A stretch of DNA of 63,675 nucleotides, the filler included. It is 6 parts of 6 records of this genome, joined end to end, with 100 filler letters (N's around TTAATTAATTAA, not from the genome) between each part and the next. Parts side by side here need not be neighbours in the genome. Positions count along the whole stretch, not along the records: positions 38,563 to 45,113 come from DRR723986_14174; positions 45,214 to 51,721 come from DRR723986_14175; 4 more parts are not named here. The stretch is one strand, 5' to 3'. The translations under genes and the position numbers were made by a program. The notes under the pieces were generated by a model that was given only the letters and a program-made list of their open reading frames with translations, was not told the DNA's origin and did no database searches. The number at the start of each line of letters is the position of its first letter. Position 1 is the first letter of the stretch. This document shows positions 40,828 through 50,970 of this stretch, one piece after another.

Positions 40828-43647
40828 CTATTGTCCCAAACGCTCAAGCAGAGCGGGAATGTGCACCTGATCGGCCTTGTAGTTGCCGGTCAGGCTGTAC
40901 ATGACGATGTTGACCCCGGAACGGAACGCGTAGTCCCGCTGCATGGGATTGTTGGGCACCGTCGGATACATGAATTCACCTGCCTCGGTGATTGCCCAGG
41001 CAGCGGCAAAATCGTTGCCGGTAATGAGGATCGGTGACACGCCGTCACCGGCGCGCACCGGCCGGTCGCCCCTGGCGGCAACTTCCTCAAGGCTTTCCAC
41101 CCAGAGCGGGCTGGTCGCATACCGTCCCGGGAACGAATCCAGCAGGTAGAAAGCCTTCGTCAAAACGTGATCGGGCGGCACCGGCTCAAGCGGGGGAACG
41201 TCCAGGTCTTCCAGGATTTCGCGCAGCTTCAGCGTTGCCGGCGTCGAGGCGAAGCCGTTGGCCGAGGCATTGATGTGATCGCGCGTGTCGAACAGGATCG
41301 TTCCGCCGTTGCGCATGAAAGTGTCTATGCGGGCAATTGTCTGATCGTTCGGTTTGTCGGCAGCCGCATCGATTGGCCAGTAGAGCAGGGAATAGAACGC
41401 AAGTTCGTCGCGTTCGATGTCGATGGCAATCGGTGCCCCAGGTTCAAGCGCGGTGCGTTCCGACAGGAATTGGGTCAGCCCCGAAAGGCCTGCAGAGCTG
41501 GCATCGTCGATCTCAGGATTGCCCGTCAGCACGTAGGCCAGGCGGGTTTCCAGGGTCGATTCCAAGGCCAGAAGATCATCCGAGCTTGATTGCGCCCTGG
41601 CTTGATCAATGCCGGCAGGGGCCAGGAGGCCCGCACCGAAAGCCAGAACAAGAGCCGTGGCGGCGGCGCGGCTGCGCAAGCCGAGACGGCTCAGGCCACC
41701 GGCCAGCAGGAAAACGGCAATTGTATCGAGGATCATCAGCAGGAAAGCCAGCGTGAAGAACAGGGCTCTCAGATCAAAGGGATCGGAGGTCGGGTAGGCA
41801 GTTTGCACGGTTCGGTCGCCCAGCGCCGAGAAGTCGAGCGGCAGGAGCTCATCGTCCCGCTGCATCAGATTGAGCGCACGGAAGCCGTCTTCCGTACCGT
41901 AAAGACCGGGCGGTGTTCTGCGGCTAGCTTCCGCATCCCGGAAAACGGAAGCGTTCACAGGCGTGACTTCTACCGGCGGCGGGCCGAAACGGCCAAAACC
42001 GTCCAGCAGGCGCAAGGGCGGCAACACGCTCGTTGCCGGCGTGCCATCTTCGGCGGTTTCAGAGGCGGCGGCCACGTTCGAGACCGACAGGATCCGCCGC
42101 AGCATGTTCAGGAAGACGCCAGACAGCGGCAGGTTCGACCAGGAGGAATCCGCTGTGACGTGGAACAGCACCATCGACCCCGCGCCAATGGGAGCCGCCG
42201 TCACAAGGGGAGTGCCGTCTTCGAGCATGGCCCAGGTGCGTTCAGGCAGATCGGATGTCGGCTCGGCCAGTACCTGCCGGGTCACCGTAACTTCCTGCGG
42301 GACCCGCAAGCCCGCGAAGGGCGATCCTTCCGGAAAGTCTGCCAGATGTTGTGGCTGTTTCCAGCTGAGTGAACCACCAAGGGACCGGTCACCTGCGCGC
42401 AAACGCACGGGAATGAGATCGTCACTGCCACCCGCGGTCCGCGGGCCGGCGAAGCGGACAAGCGTGCCGCCGTTTTCAATCCAGTCGCGAAGCGTCTCGG
42501 TCGTCGATTCAGGCAACCGGCCAACGTCGGCGAGAACCAGCACGGAAATGCCCTGCTCGATCAGCGAAGGTACAGCGTCGGCAATATCCGCATCGCGCGG
42601 GCGGCGTATGTCCGAGAAGGGCGCAAGGGCGCGCTCCAGATAATAAAGGGGCGACAGCAGCGGCTGATCCAGATCGCCCGACTGGCCTGAAATCAGTCCG
42701 ACCGTGCGTCGGCGCCAGCTGTCATCCACCAGTTGGACGGCGCCCGCGGCGGCCTCACCGGTGATTTCGACCCGGGCAATGTCGTTGCGCAACTCGCTTG
42801 GCAGCTCGAAGCGCGCCTGTGTTTCGGTCGCGCCAGCGTCAAAATTCGCTTGCACTTCGCCAAGGACAAGGCCCTTCAGATCGAGAGCCTGAAGTGTTGC
42901 GGAGCCCAGTCTCTGGTCCGGGTGGCGCACAACGGTCAACGACAGGGCGTCGGCGTCGTTGTTGAGGTCCTTCAATCCCATGGGCGTGTCCAGACCTGTC
43001 AGGACCGTTATGGGAGCCGTGCCGGAAATCTGTGCGAGATCGGTTACAAACGAACCTTTGGTGCTGGTGTTGTCCGACAGCCAGATCACGGCACCGGGCG
43101 GGGTCTCCTGGGCTGCCTTGCGCAGGCCGATGCTGAGTTCGGCGCGCTGCGGCGGATAGGGACGCGGTTCAAGTGCACGCAGTTTTTCCAGAGCCGTTGT
43201 TGCTGCCTCCGGTGTGAAACTCTGGCCGGGGCCTTCGGCGGAGGCTGCAAACAGGATTGGCTGACCGCTCTGTTCTGCTTCGCTCAGGATCTGCTCGGCT
43301 GCATTGACCTGCGCGGTCCATCCCTTTGCGGATGTCCAGCCGTTGTCAACCAGAACCCAAAGGACACCTTCGCCGGTTTCAAGCGGTTCGCTGGAGCGCC
43401 AGATCGGTCCGGCCAGGGCAATGATGAGGATGGCAGCCATCAGCAGGCGGAGCAGTGTCAGCCACCAGGGGCTGCGCTGCGGTGTTTCCTCATGCTGATC
43501 GATGCCGATCAGCAGCCGGGTCGGCGGAAACCGGATTTCGCGAGGCCGCGGCGGTGTCAGGCGCAACAGCCACCAGATGACCGGAAGCAATGCCAGCGCG
43601 GTCAGGATCCAGGGGGCGGTGAATGTCAGAGGCAATCCTGCGAACAC
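40828..43647 (-). CDS. BatA N-terminal plus DUF4159 domain protein
   Basis: LP.IWWLLR..PP....FPPTRLL...PWWL.LLR; C-terminal GVNIVMYSLTGNYKADQVH. Confidence 0.88.
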   Translation of the reverse strand: MFAGLPLTFTAPWILTALALLPVIWWLLRLTPPRPREIRFPPTRLLIGIDQHEETPQRSPWWLTLLRLLMAAILIIALAGPIWRSSEPLETGEGVLWVLVDNGWTSAKGWTAQVNAAEQILSEAEQSGQPILFAASAEGPGQSFTPEAATTALEKLRALEPRPYPPQRAELSIGLRKAAQETPPGAVIWLSDNTSTKGSFVTDLAQISGTAPITVLTGLDTPMGLKDLNNDADALSLTVVRHPDQRLGSATLQALDLKGLVLGEVQANFDAGATETQARFELPSELRNDIARVEITGEAAAGAVQLVDDSWRRRTVGLISGQSGDLDQPLLSPLYYLERALAPFSDIRRPRDADIADAVPSLIEQGISVLVLADVGRLPESTTETLRDWIENGGTLVRFAGPRTAGGSDDLIPVRLRAGDRSLGGSLSWKQPQHLADFPEGSPFAGLRVPQEVTVTRQVLAEPTSDLPERTWAMLEDGTPLVTAAPIGAGSMVLFHVTADSSWSNLPLSGVFLNMLRRILSVSNVAAASETAEDGTPATSVLPPLRLLDGFGRFGPPPVEVTPVNASVFRDAEASRRTPPGLYGTEDGFRALNLMQRDDELLPLDFSALGDRTVQTAYPTSDPFDLRALFFTLAFLLMILDTIAVFLLAGGLSRLGLRSRAAATALVLAFGAGLLAPAGIDQARAQSSSDDLLALESTLETRLAYVLTGNPEIDDASSAGLSGLTQFLSERTALEPGAPIAIDIERDELAFYSLLYWPIDAAADKPNDQTIARIDTFMRNGGTILFDTRDHINASANGFASTPATLKLREILEDLDVPPLEPVPPDHVLTKAFYLLDSFPGRYATSPLWVESLEEVAARGDRPVRAGDGVSPILITGNDFAAAWAITEAGEFMYPTVPNNPMQRDYAFRSGVNIVMYSLTGNYKADQVHIPALLERLGQ

Positions 43648-43650
43648 GGG

Positions 43651-44586
43651 TCAGATGCCTCCTTTTGGCAGTACGTCCAGCGCACCGGACAGGGCACTGT
43701 GAAGCACGAGCAAAGGTTCGGATGCCGGACGGTCGGTGTGGTGCAGGACATATGTCCAGCCGGCACGCCTTGCGATGTCACGAATTTCCGCGCGGTGGGC
43801 TTCCAGCCGGTTGCGATAATCCTCGCGCCACTTTTCCGCGCGTCCGGCGGTCAGCCGAAACCCCTTTTCCGGATCGGTGAATTCCACCCTGCCGTCAAAC
43901 GGGAAGGTTTCCTCGATCGGATCGAGGACCTGAACCAGGTGACCACGCGCACCGGTGCTGGCAACACGGGCAACCCATGCCGCGACTTCCTCGATCGGGT
44001 CCAGAAAATCGGACACCAGAACCACATCGGCAAACCGTTGCACGGCGGTGGTGTCCGGATAGGCGATCGGTTTGGAAAGATGGGTAAGTGCATCGGCGAG
44101 GCGTTCAGCGGCACGCCGGTCGGAAAAGGCTCTGGTCAGGCCAGGCAATCCGATCCGTTCGCCTGTTTCAGCCAGCATGTCGGCAAGTGCAAGCATCAGC
44201 ACAATGGCGCGGTCGCGCTTGGCGACACCTGCAAGGCGGGAGCGGAAGACCATGGAGGGCGAAAGATCTGCCCAGAGCCAGACCGTGTGCGCGGCCTCCC
44301 ATTCGCGTTCGCGAACATAAAGATGATCATCGCGTGCGGAACGGCGCCAGTCGATGCGCTTTGCCGGTTCACCCATGTTGAACGGGCGGAATTGCCAGAA
44401 GCTTTCCCCCGGGCCCGCACGTCGACGGCCATGCCAGCCGGCGATGATGGAACTGGCAACATGGCTTGCCTCGACCAGCAGATCCGGCAGGGCATCGGCG
44501 ACCGACCGGGCCTCGCCGATGACGTTCGGCCAGGTATCGGCATCAATGCCTGTCTGGTTGCTGCCCTGCGTAGTGCTCGAATCCAT
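43651..44586 (-). CDS. DUF58 family protein
   Basis: HGRRRAGPGE.FWQFRP, IDWRRSAR, YVRERE. Confidence 0.92.
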   Translation of the reverse strand: MDSSTTQGSNQTGIDADTWPNVIGEARSVADALPDLLVEASHVASSIIAGWHGRRRAGPGESFWQFRPFNMGEPAKRIDWRRSARDDHLYVREREWEAAHTVWLWADLSPSMVFRSRLAGVAKRDRAIVLMLALADMLAETGERIGLPGLTRAFSDRRAAERLADALTHLSKPIAYPDTTAVQRFADVVLVSDFLDPIEEVAAWVARVASTGARGHLVQVLDPIEETFPFDGRVEFTDPEKGFRLTAGRAEKWREDYRNRLEAHRAEIRDIARRAGWTYVLHHTDRPASEPLLVLHSALSGALDVLPKGGI

Positions 44587-44620
44587 GCGGTCGGCTTCCT
44601 GGCTGGTTAAGGGGAGGGGA

Positions 44621-45113
44621 TCAGGCGATCAGTTCCTTGACCCGTCGAATGACGTCGCGAACGGTGTGACCGTCGGCTCTGGCCGCAAACGTCAGCGCCA
44701 TGCGATGCTGAAGGACCGGTTCGGCAAGAGCCAAGACGTCGTCGACGGAAGGTGCGAGACGCCCGTCGACAAGCGCGCGGGCCCTGACGGTCAGCATCAG
44801 TGCCTGGCTGGCACGCGGTCCCGGACCCCAGGCGATCAGGTTGGTGAGATCGGAAGGTGCGGAGCTGTTGTCCGGGCGAGCGGAGCGCACAAGCTTCAGG
44901 ATTGCTTCAACAACGGATTCGCCTACCGGCATGCGCCGAACGAGCTGCTGGTATTCCATCAGTTCTTCCGCGCGCATGGCTACCTGGGCCTTGGCCTGAT
45001 CGGCACCGGTGGTTTCCAGCAAGATCCGGCGTTCGGCTTCAAGATCCGGGTAATGCACGTCGATCTGCATCAGGAACCGGTCGAGCTGGGCTTCCGGCAG
45101 CGGGTAGGTGCCT
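44621..45113 (-). CDS. moxR: MoxR family AAA+ ATPase (5' truncated)
   Basis: [11 protein letters not shown] at contig edge, [16 protein letters not shown]. Confidence 0.92.
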
Positions 45114-45213
45114 NNNNNNNNNNNNNNNNNNNNNNNNNNNNNNNNNNNNNNNNNNNNTTAATTAATTAANNNNNNNNNNNNNNNNNNNNNNNNNNNNNNN
45201 NNNNNNNNNNNNN
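45114..45213. other. Artificial contig linker
   Basis: 44 N + TTAATTAATTAA + 44 N. Confidence 0.99.
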
Positions 45214-45507
45214 AGCCCTTAGGGCTCGACCCGGGTGATTTTTAACTTGAATTCTCCGAATTCCCAGGTAACAATCCCCCAAAATTCCAGACATCAAGCC
45301 TCATAATCAGACCCAAGCCATCCAGCCTGAAATCCCAACAACTAACAAAAAGAAAACAAGTAAGCCACCGCAAATCCCAGCAACTACAACCCGAAAACCG
45401 CAACCCCAAAAACAAGGGGGCGCAGCGCTCAAGCCGGAATTTGAAAGCCGCTCTGGTAAGCACAAATTAGTTCTTGAGGCAGGCAGAGAACTTAAACACG
45501 CGGCCAC

Positions 45508-47142
45508 TTACTTTGTGGGAGGCTCAGCCAAAGTGACCTTAACATTTTCCTGGCGGACAAACAATTGGCCAAATAATCCCAGGCCGTAAAGACACAAAGC
45601 CGAAAATGGAAGAATATCACCGAAGCGGCTGTAAATAGTTGGCAGGCTACTGCGGTAAATGCGGGTATCCATACGTAAACGCGCACCATTTTGACTGCGC
45701 TGCAGAACAAGCCCCTCGGGACTTATAACGCCCGAAATGCCGGTGTTGGCCGCACGAACAAGAAAACGACGGGATTCAATTGCACGTAAGATCGACATGC
45801 TAAAATGCTGATCGGGGCCGCCGCTGCCGTCCGTCCAGGCATCATTGCTGAGCACCATAATCACATCGGCGTCCTGCTCCAGGAGCGAGCGCAAATACGC
45901 CGGGTAAACAGATTCGATGCAAATTAAGGGCGCCAACCTTAGGCGACTTGCGCAGGCCTGAACTTCCAGAACACGCGCCGAATCACCGGCGGTCCAGGCC
46001 GAAACGCCGGCACTTTTATCCTCCAGAGCCGAACCGAAACCGAACAAATCATCGAATGGACTGCGCTCTGCATAAGGCGTAAGTTTAACTTTGTGATAGA
46101 CCTGTGGTGCGGTGCTGGGATTTAACAAAAAGGCTGCATTATACTGTCCAAATGCATTGCTGTCCAGAGCGCCAAAAACGAGCGAAGTGCGCGACCGGTC
46201 AACCTGCTGCTGCAGCTGTGCAAGAATCGCCCGTCCTTCAGTTGAACGCATGTTAAGCGGCAGCGCCGTCTCAGGCCAGAGAGTCACAAGCGGCAGAGAA
46301 TTTGAGCCCGCACCTGAGTCCTGAAGCGACCAGCCGGGAGTTAAGTCGATATGCTGCTGCAGCTGAGAGTCTATCGGTGCATCCCATTTAGTCCAGGTGT
46401 TAACCGAAGCCTGCACGAGCGAAACATCAAAACCCGTGTGCCCATTCAGAGCCATGTCCACCGCTACCGACTGGCGACGCAAGAGGCCGTAACTTGTTAA
46501 CAACACAAAAACCAGCGCAATAAAATAGAGGGTGCGCACATAACTCTGTGGCCCGGAATCGCCCGTACGTAAAAAGCGCGGAACGATGGCTAACAGCGCC
46601 CAAAAAACGGCAGCATTAATCACGGCAATCAGGAATGTTAATCCCCAAATACCTGCGAGGTCGGCCACTTGAATCAGGGTTGTATACTCGGCCAGCGAAT
46701 AACCCAGCGAAAGTTCCGGCGACCAAAACAATCCAAAGGACTTAAGCCATTCAAAAGCCGTTAAAGTAAACGGAAACAGAATCATTGCGGAACGCAAACC
46801 GTAAGATCGCACCAGCGAGTGATGTGCGATGAAAGGCAACGCCAAAAGCAAAGGGTTAAACAGCCAGTAGCCGACGCCCAGCCAGCCCAGCCAACTATCG
46901 TCATTCTGAAAGGGAATGACGGCAAAAAACCAATGCGTCATTCCGTGAAACACAAACATCGCGGCATACGAAGCCAGGGCCGCCTGTAAAGGTGAACGGC
47001 TGCGGTCCAGGACTATTAACAAAGGTACCAGGCCAAAAAATGCCAGGAAACCGAGTGACGATGGTGGAAACGACAAGCCCAGGAGCAGGCCGCAAAGCAG
47101 CGCCGCAATCAGAACAGTCGTGCGCAGGTTCAGGAAGGCCAT
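45508..47142 (-). CDS. lnt: Apolipoprotein N-acyltransferase
   Basis: N-terminal TMs; E-K-C triad WPETA / YHKVKLTPYAE / LICIES; SNDAW, QH, RAIE.RR, RAANTGIS. Confidence 0.92.
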   Translation of the reverse strand: MAFLNLRTTVLIAALLCGLLLGLSFPPSSLGFLAFFGLVPLLIVLDRSRSPLQAALASYAAMFVFHGMTHWFFAVIPFQNDDSWLGWLGVGYWLFNPLLLALPFIAHHSLVRSYGLRSAMILFPFTLTAFEWLKSFGLFWSPELSLGYSLAEYTTLIQVADLAGIWGLTFLIAVINAAVFWALLAIVPRFLRTGDSGPQSYVRTLYFIALVFVLLTSYGLLRRQSVAVDMALNGHTGFDVSLVQASVNTWTKWDAPIDSQLQQHIDLTPGWSLQDSGAGSNSLPLVTLWPETALPLNMRSTEGRAILAQLQQQVDRSRTSLVFGALDSNAFGQYNAAFLLNPSTAPQVYHKVKLTPYAERSPFDDLFGFGSALEDKSAGVSAWTAGDSARVLEVQACASRLRLAPLICIESVYPAYLRSLLEQDADVIMVLSNDAWTDGSGGPDQHFSMSILRAIESRRFLVRAANTGISGVISPEGLVLQRSQNGARLRMDTRIYRSSLPTIYSRFGDILPFSALCLYGLGLFGQLFVRQENVKVTLAEPPTK

Positions 47143-47154
47143 ACGATTCCTCGT

Positions 47155-50100
47155 TCAGGACATTAGGCCCAGTTTTTTCATACGTGCCAGGAGCGTCGTG
47201 CGTTTAATCCCTAATATCTTGGCAGCACGGGATTTGTTACCGCCTGTCTGGCGTAAAACGCGCGCGATGTGTTCGCGCTGTACCTGATCAATCGTTGAAG
47301 CGGCCGCCAGCGTTTCTCCAGGCAGTGGCAGCTCGCCCGTGGAAGCGCCATCGTTTTCCGGCGGCAGATGCGTGTGTGCCTCCGGCGGAGCCTCGGCGGG
47401 CTCAACCATTGCAATATCACCGCTCAGAATCTGTGAGTTTTCGCGGACGACGAGCGCCTGCACTAAACGTTCCAATTCAAGCAGGTTGCCATCCCAGCGC
47501 GGTTTCTGCTGCAGTTGCTGCAGCAGAACAGGGCTGACATCATCAATTCTGCGATTAAACTGATGTGCATAACGCGCTACATACGCACGCACCAGATCCG
47601 GAATGTCTTTGCGACGGTCGGCCAGGGCCGGCATGCGGATCGATATAATATTGAGCAGATAGTAGAGCTCCTGCTTGAGCTTACCCGCCTGAACGGCGGC
47701 GCGCGGCGATTGCCGGCAGGCACATATTAGGCGGAATCCGGCGCGCGCTCCGGCACGGGAAGACCGCAGAACATTAATTAACAGACTCTGAAAGCGCAGT
47801 GGCGCGCTGTCCAGATCCATCAAATACAAGGTCGTGATGTCCTGTGCGCTGTCGGAAGCACCATCGGCATGCAGCACGCCTTGACTGCCAAAAATGTATT
47901 CAATCAGATCATTGCCGGCAAAATCGGCACAGGCCACCGCTAAAAACTCACCTGCGGCGGCCTCGCTGCTTGCGTGGATGGCCTGGGCCACCACGTCGAG
48001 CCCGCTGCCGAATGGTCCTTCCAGCAGGACCGGGGCTCCGGTCTCGGCGGCTTTGCGCATGTCTTCGCGTACCGCGCTGATTGCCGGAGAGTTGCCCAGC
48101 AGCGCCGTCTGTTCCGCTTGGCCGGTGGCCGGGCTACTACTCTTTTGGTCCTGCTGCGTATCGATGCGCGCCAGGAGGGCCTCAATTGTTGTCAGCGTTT
48201 CCTGATCGTTGAGTTCGGATGCAACCTTGCGCGCGCGGCGACCATCGGATTCGGCATCGGCAACGGCGCCCATGCGCAGATGCAGACGTGTTAAATGTGT
48301 CAGGGTCTGCAGCTCACCGCGCAGGTCGCCGGCAGTTCTGAAGAGTTTGCCGGAGCGGCTGAACGCCTCCACGGCGGCTTCGTCGGACTGCATACTTGCC
48401 AGTGCCAGCGCGCGGTTGCCCAGGGCACGTGCGGCATCCTGCACTTCGCCGGCTTCTTCGTACAGGTCCGCGCCGCGGCTGTACCAGTCGGCAGCCTTTT
48501 CAAAATTGCGTTCGGTTTTACGCGCGTAGTTGCCTACTTCGCGCGCCAAAACTGCTGCGCGGATGCGGTCGTCGTAGCGGCGCAGCTGCTGAATCAATTC
48601 GCCTGCATGTTCTTCGGCGCGCGGCGCGGCGCCCTGTTCCAGGCTGCAGCGGAATTCCACATAGTCGGCCAGCGCCTGCACGTGTTTGTCCGTCAGGCCG
48701 TCACCAATCAGCTTGCGCAGGCGTTGTGAGCGGTCGAGCGCTACCGCGGCGGCACTGCGTGCCAGGCCAATTTCCACCTGACGTACGAGCGCTTGAGCCT
48801 GCAGGTCAAGGCGCGCTACTTTTGTGGCGGCGGCCTCCAAAAATTCAATCGCATTCCACTCGCGCTCTTCGTCACCCAGGGCGCGCCAGGCGGCAGCCAC
48901 CAGCGCGGCGACTTCGGCGCGTATCTCGGGCGTCAGCGCCGCCTCAGACTCCAGTAGCGGCTCACTGCTTTGAATCAGCTTGCGAAATTTACGACGTGCG
49001 AATAATTCCTGCAGACTGCGCAGCAGGGAAGCGAAGTCTTCTTCGCTGTCGCCGGCGGCGTCCATGGGCCCATCGTCAAACAGGCGCGCCTGCTCATCGT
49101 CACCCGCCTCTTCGGTGGCCGGAGCCTGCTCGCGATAGTCGAGCGGATCGCGGATTGCAGCCTCCCGGAACAGCTCATGCGTAAGGCGGCAGGCGCCCTG
49201 CGCGGCTTCCACAAAACCGGTCTGGCACAGATAATGCACGTCTTCAACTACGGTCCAGAGCGGCAGCGAAAGTGCATCGGCCAGCTCGGCGATGCGCAGG
49301 TCACGTGTGCTCAGCGCAAGCACGTCCCAGACGCGTGAGGCTGAATGTCTCAGGGCCTCGCGTTCCTCACGCAGCAAACCCGAAAGCGTTGGAGCCGGCG
49401 GCAGCGTCGCACTCAAAGTCAGCCACACATTTTCGCGCTGGAAAACAATCCCGTCGCGAATCAGCTTGCGCAGGAACAAGGTCACCATCAGCGGATTGCC
49501 GCTCGTCACGCGGTAGAGCATGCGCTCCATGTCGCTGCCGAACTCAACAGCTCCGAGTGCTTCACTGCACAGACGCCCCAGGAAGCTGGGCGCCAGGTTG
49601 GACATCGTTTTAATCTGCGAGAACTGACCAAAGCTGCGCAGCTGCGAGTTGTGCGCCAGCACAATTTTTATGCATCCGGCGTACTTCTGCGAGTAACTGG
49701 CCAGGCCTTCAATCACGGCGCGCACATTGGCGTCCAGCCGGTCAGTGTCATCAATCAACAGAACCAATTTTTCGTCGCGCGCGTGCACGCTGTCGGCATC
49801 CAACGCAATCTCGTCAATCAGCACGTCGGCACTCAGCGCTACCATCGATTCGGCACGCACCTGGTGTGAACCGCCCGTCAGTCGGCGCCGCTCGCGATAT
49901 TCTTCAGCCGCACGCGCTATACCGCGCAAAGTCGGCTGGGTTACGGCTATCACCGGCTTTTCGGTCAGCAACAGCTCGCGAAAGAGGCTGCGCAGCAGCA
50001 TACTTTTGCCTGTCCCGCGCTCGCCTGCCAGCTCCAAAATCGGCCGTGCATTATTATCGGCCAGAAAGTGTTTGAGCGCGGCTTCCACCGTCTCGCTGCC

Positions 50101-50970
50101 CACGGGTTTGAGCGCCACATGCTGGACGATACTCGACCCCGGCAGACGCACGGCATCACTCAACAATCCACGCCGCTCCAGAAAACGATGTGCCGCGCGT
50201 GCCGACGCAAAACGCTGCGTACGGTCGCGATGCAACAGGCGTTCAATCCATTCACTGATCGGCGCCGGCAGTTCGGGAGAAGCCGCGCGCACGTCCGGCG
50301 CGTCACCATACAGAATCTCACGCGCCATGCGGAAATGTGAGCCCTGCGCCAGCGAACGTCCCGTCACGGCTTCAAACAGCGCACATCCCAGTAGGAAAAA
50401 ATCGGTTCGCGCATCCAGATATCCGGCCAAAATCCGCTCAGGCGCCAAAGGTGTGTCACCCGTGCTCGCCTGCCCCAGGTCACGCCGCCCCAAAACCAGT
50501 GCGCCAATGTCATTGTGTAATACCTGAACCGAAGCAGTATCAACGCCCTGCACCAAAATCACGCCGCGCGAAGGATAGCCCACGTGCAGCCCGGCCGCAT
50601 GCATTGCCGCATAGGCCTCTAAAATTTGTTGGAATAAGCTGGAAACGTAGGCCAGGTCGCTAAAATAGGCGCGTGGAATATCGCGTATATCACGCCCTTC
50701 CGGCAGCGACTGCACCACATATGGCACACTGTCGGCCGAATATCCATAGTCGCTGATTTCGGCCAGGCTGTTTGACTGTACCTGACTGCGCAGGCGTGCT
50801 TCAGCCAGGATAATTTCCTTCTCACTGCGGTTCAGCACTGGGTGCGCGCTGATAATCACCGGCTGACGGCGCTCTTCATCGTAGGCCGTGTACGTCGTTA
50901 TCTTCGCGGCGGAATCGCTACGAACCTGGTCTTTCTGACTGTATCGGGGAGGCAGTTGAAATTCGGTCAT
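47155..50970 (-). CDS. Multidomain regulator: Ser/Thr pseudokinase, P-loop ATPase, TPR, degenerate sigma54-activator AAA+, Fis-type HTH
   Basis: LAPE...DARTDFFLLG; GERGTGKS + LLIDD; ARALGNRA-type TPRs; LLGNSPAI...LYYLLN...PALADRRKDIP...WDGNLLELE; GGNKSRAAKILGIKRTTL. Confidence 0.85.
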   Translation of the reverse strand: MTEFQLPPRYSQKDQVRSDSAAKITTYTAYDEERRQPVIISAHPVLNRSEKEIILAEARLRSQVQSNSLAEISDYGYSADSVPYVVQSLPEGRDIRDIPRAYFSDLAYVSSLFQQILEAYAAMHAAGLHVGYPSRGVILVQGVDTASVQVLHNDIGALVLGRRDLGQASTGDTPLAPERILAGYLDARTDFFLLGCALFEAVTGRSLAQGSHFRMAREILYGDAPDVRAASPELPAPISEWIERLLHRDRTQRFASARAAHRFLERRGLLSDAVRLPGSSIVQHVALKPVGSETVEAALKHFLADNNARPILELAGERGTGKSMLLRSLFRELLLTEKPVIAVTQPTLRGIARAAEEYRERRRLTGGSHQVRAESMVALSADVLIDEIALDADSVHARDEKLVLLIDDTDRLDANVRAVIEGLASYSQKYAGCIKIVLAHNSQLRSFGQFSQIKTMSNLAPSFLGRLCSEALGAVEFGSDMERMLYRVTSGNPLMVTLFLRKLIRDGIVFQRENVWLTLSATLPPAPTLSGLLREEREALRHSASRVWDVLALSTRDLRIAELADALSLPLWTVVEDVHYLCQTGFVEAAQGACRLTHELFREAAIRDPLDYREQAPATEEAGDDEQARLFDDGPMDAAGDSEEDFASLLRSLQELFARRKFRKLIQSSEPLLESEAALTPEIRAEVAALVAAAWRALGDEEREWNAIEFLEAAATKVARLDLQAQALVRQVEIGLARSAAAVALDRSQRLRKLIGDGLTDKHVQALADYVEFRCSLEQGAAPRAEEHAGELIQQLRRYDDRIRAAVLAREVGNYARKTERNFEKAADWYSRGADLYEEAGEVQDAARALGNRALALASMQSDEAAVEAFSRSGKLFRTAGDLRGELQTLTHLTRLHLRMGAVADAESDGRRARKVASELNDQETLTTIEALLARIDTQQDQKSSSPATGQAEQTALLGNSPAISAVREDMRKAAETGAPVLLEGPFGSGLDVVAQAIHASSEAAAGEFLAVACADFAGNDLIEYIFGSQGVLHADGASDSAQDITTLYLMDLDSAPLRFQSLLINVLRSSRAGARAGFRLICACRQSPRAAVQAGKLKQELYYLLNIISIRMPALADRRKDIPDLVRAYVARYAHQFNRRIDDVSPVLLQQLQQKPRWDGNLLELERLVQALVVRENSQILSGDIAMVEPAEAPPEAHTHLPPENDGASTGELPLPGETLAAASTIDQVQREHIARVLRQTGGNKSRAAKILGIKRTTLLARMKKLGLMS

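Noticed and set aside
42733-44610. 625-aa plus-strand ORF opposite the DUF58/DUF4159 genes
   Set aside because: Antisense shadow with no recognisable motifs; the minus strand carries a coherent operon.
38744-45113. MoxR-DUF58-BatA/DUF4159 operon as a novel system
   Set aside because: A widespread, conserved alphaproteobacterial arrangement; poorly understood but not unusual here.
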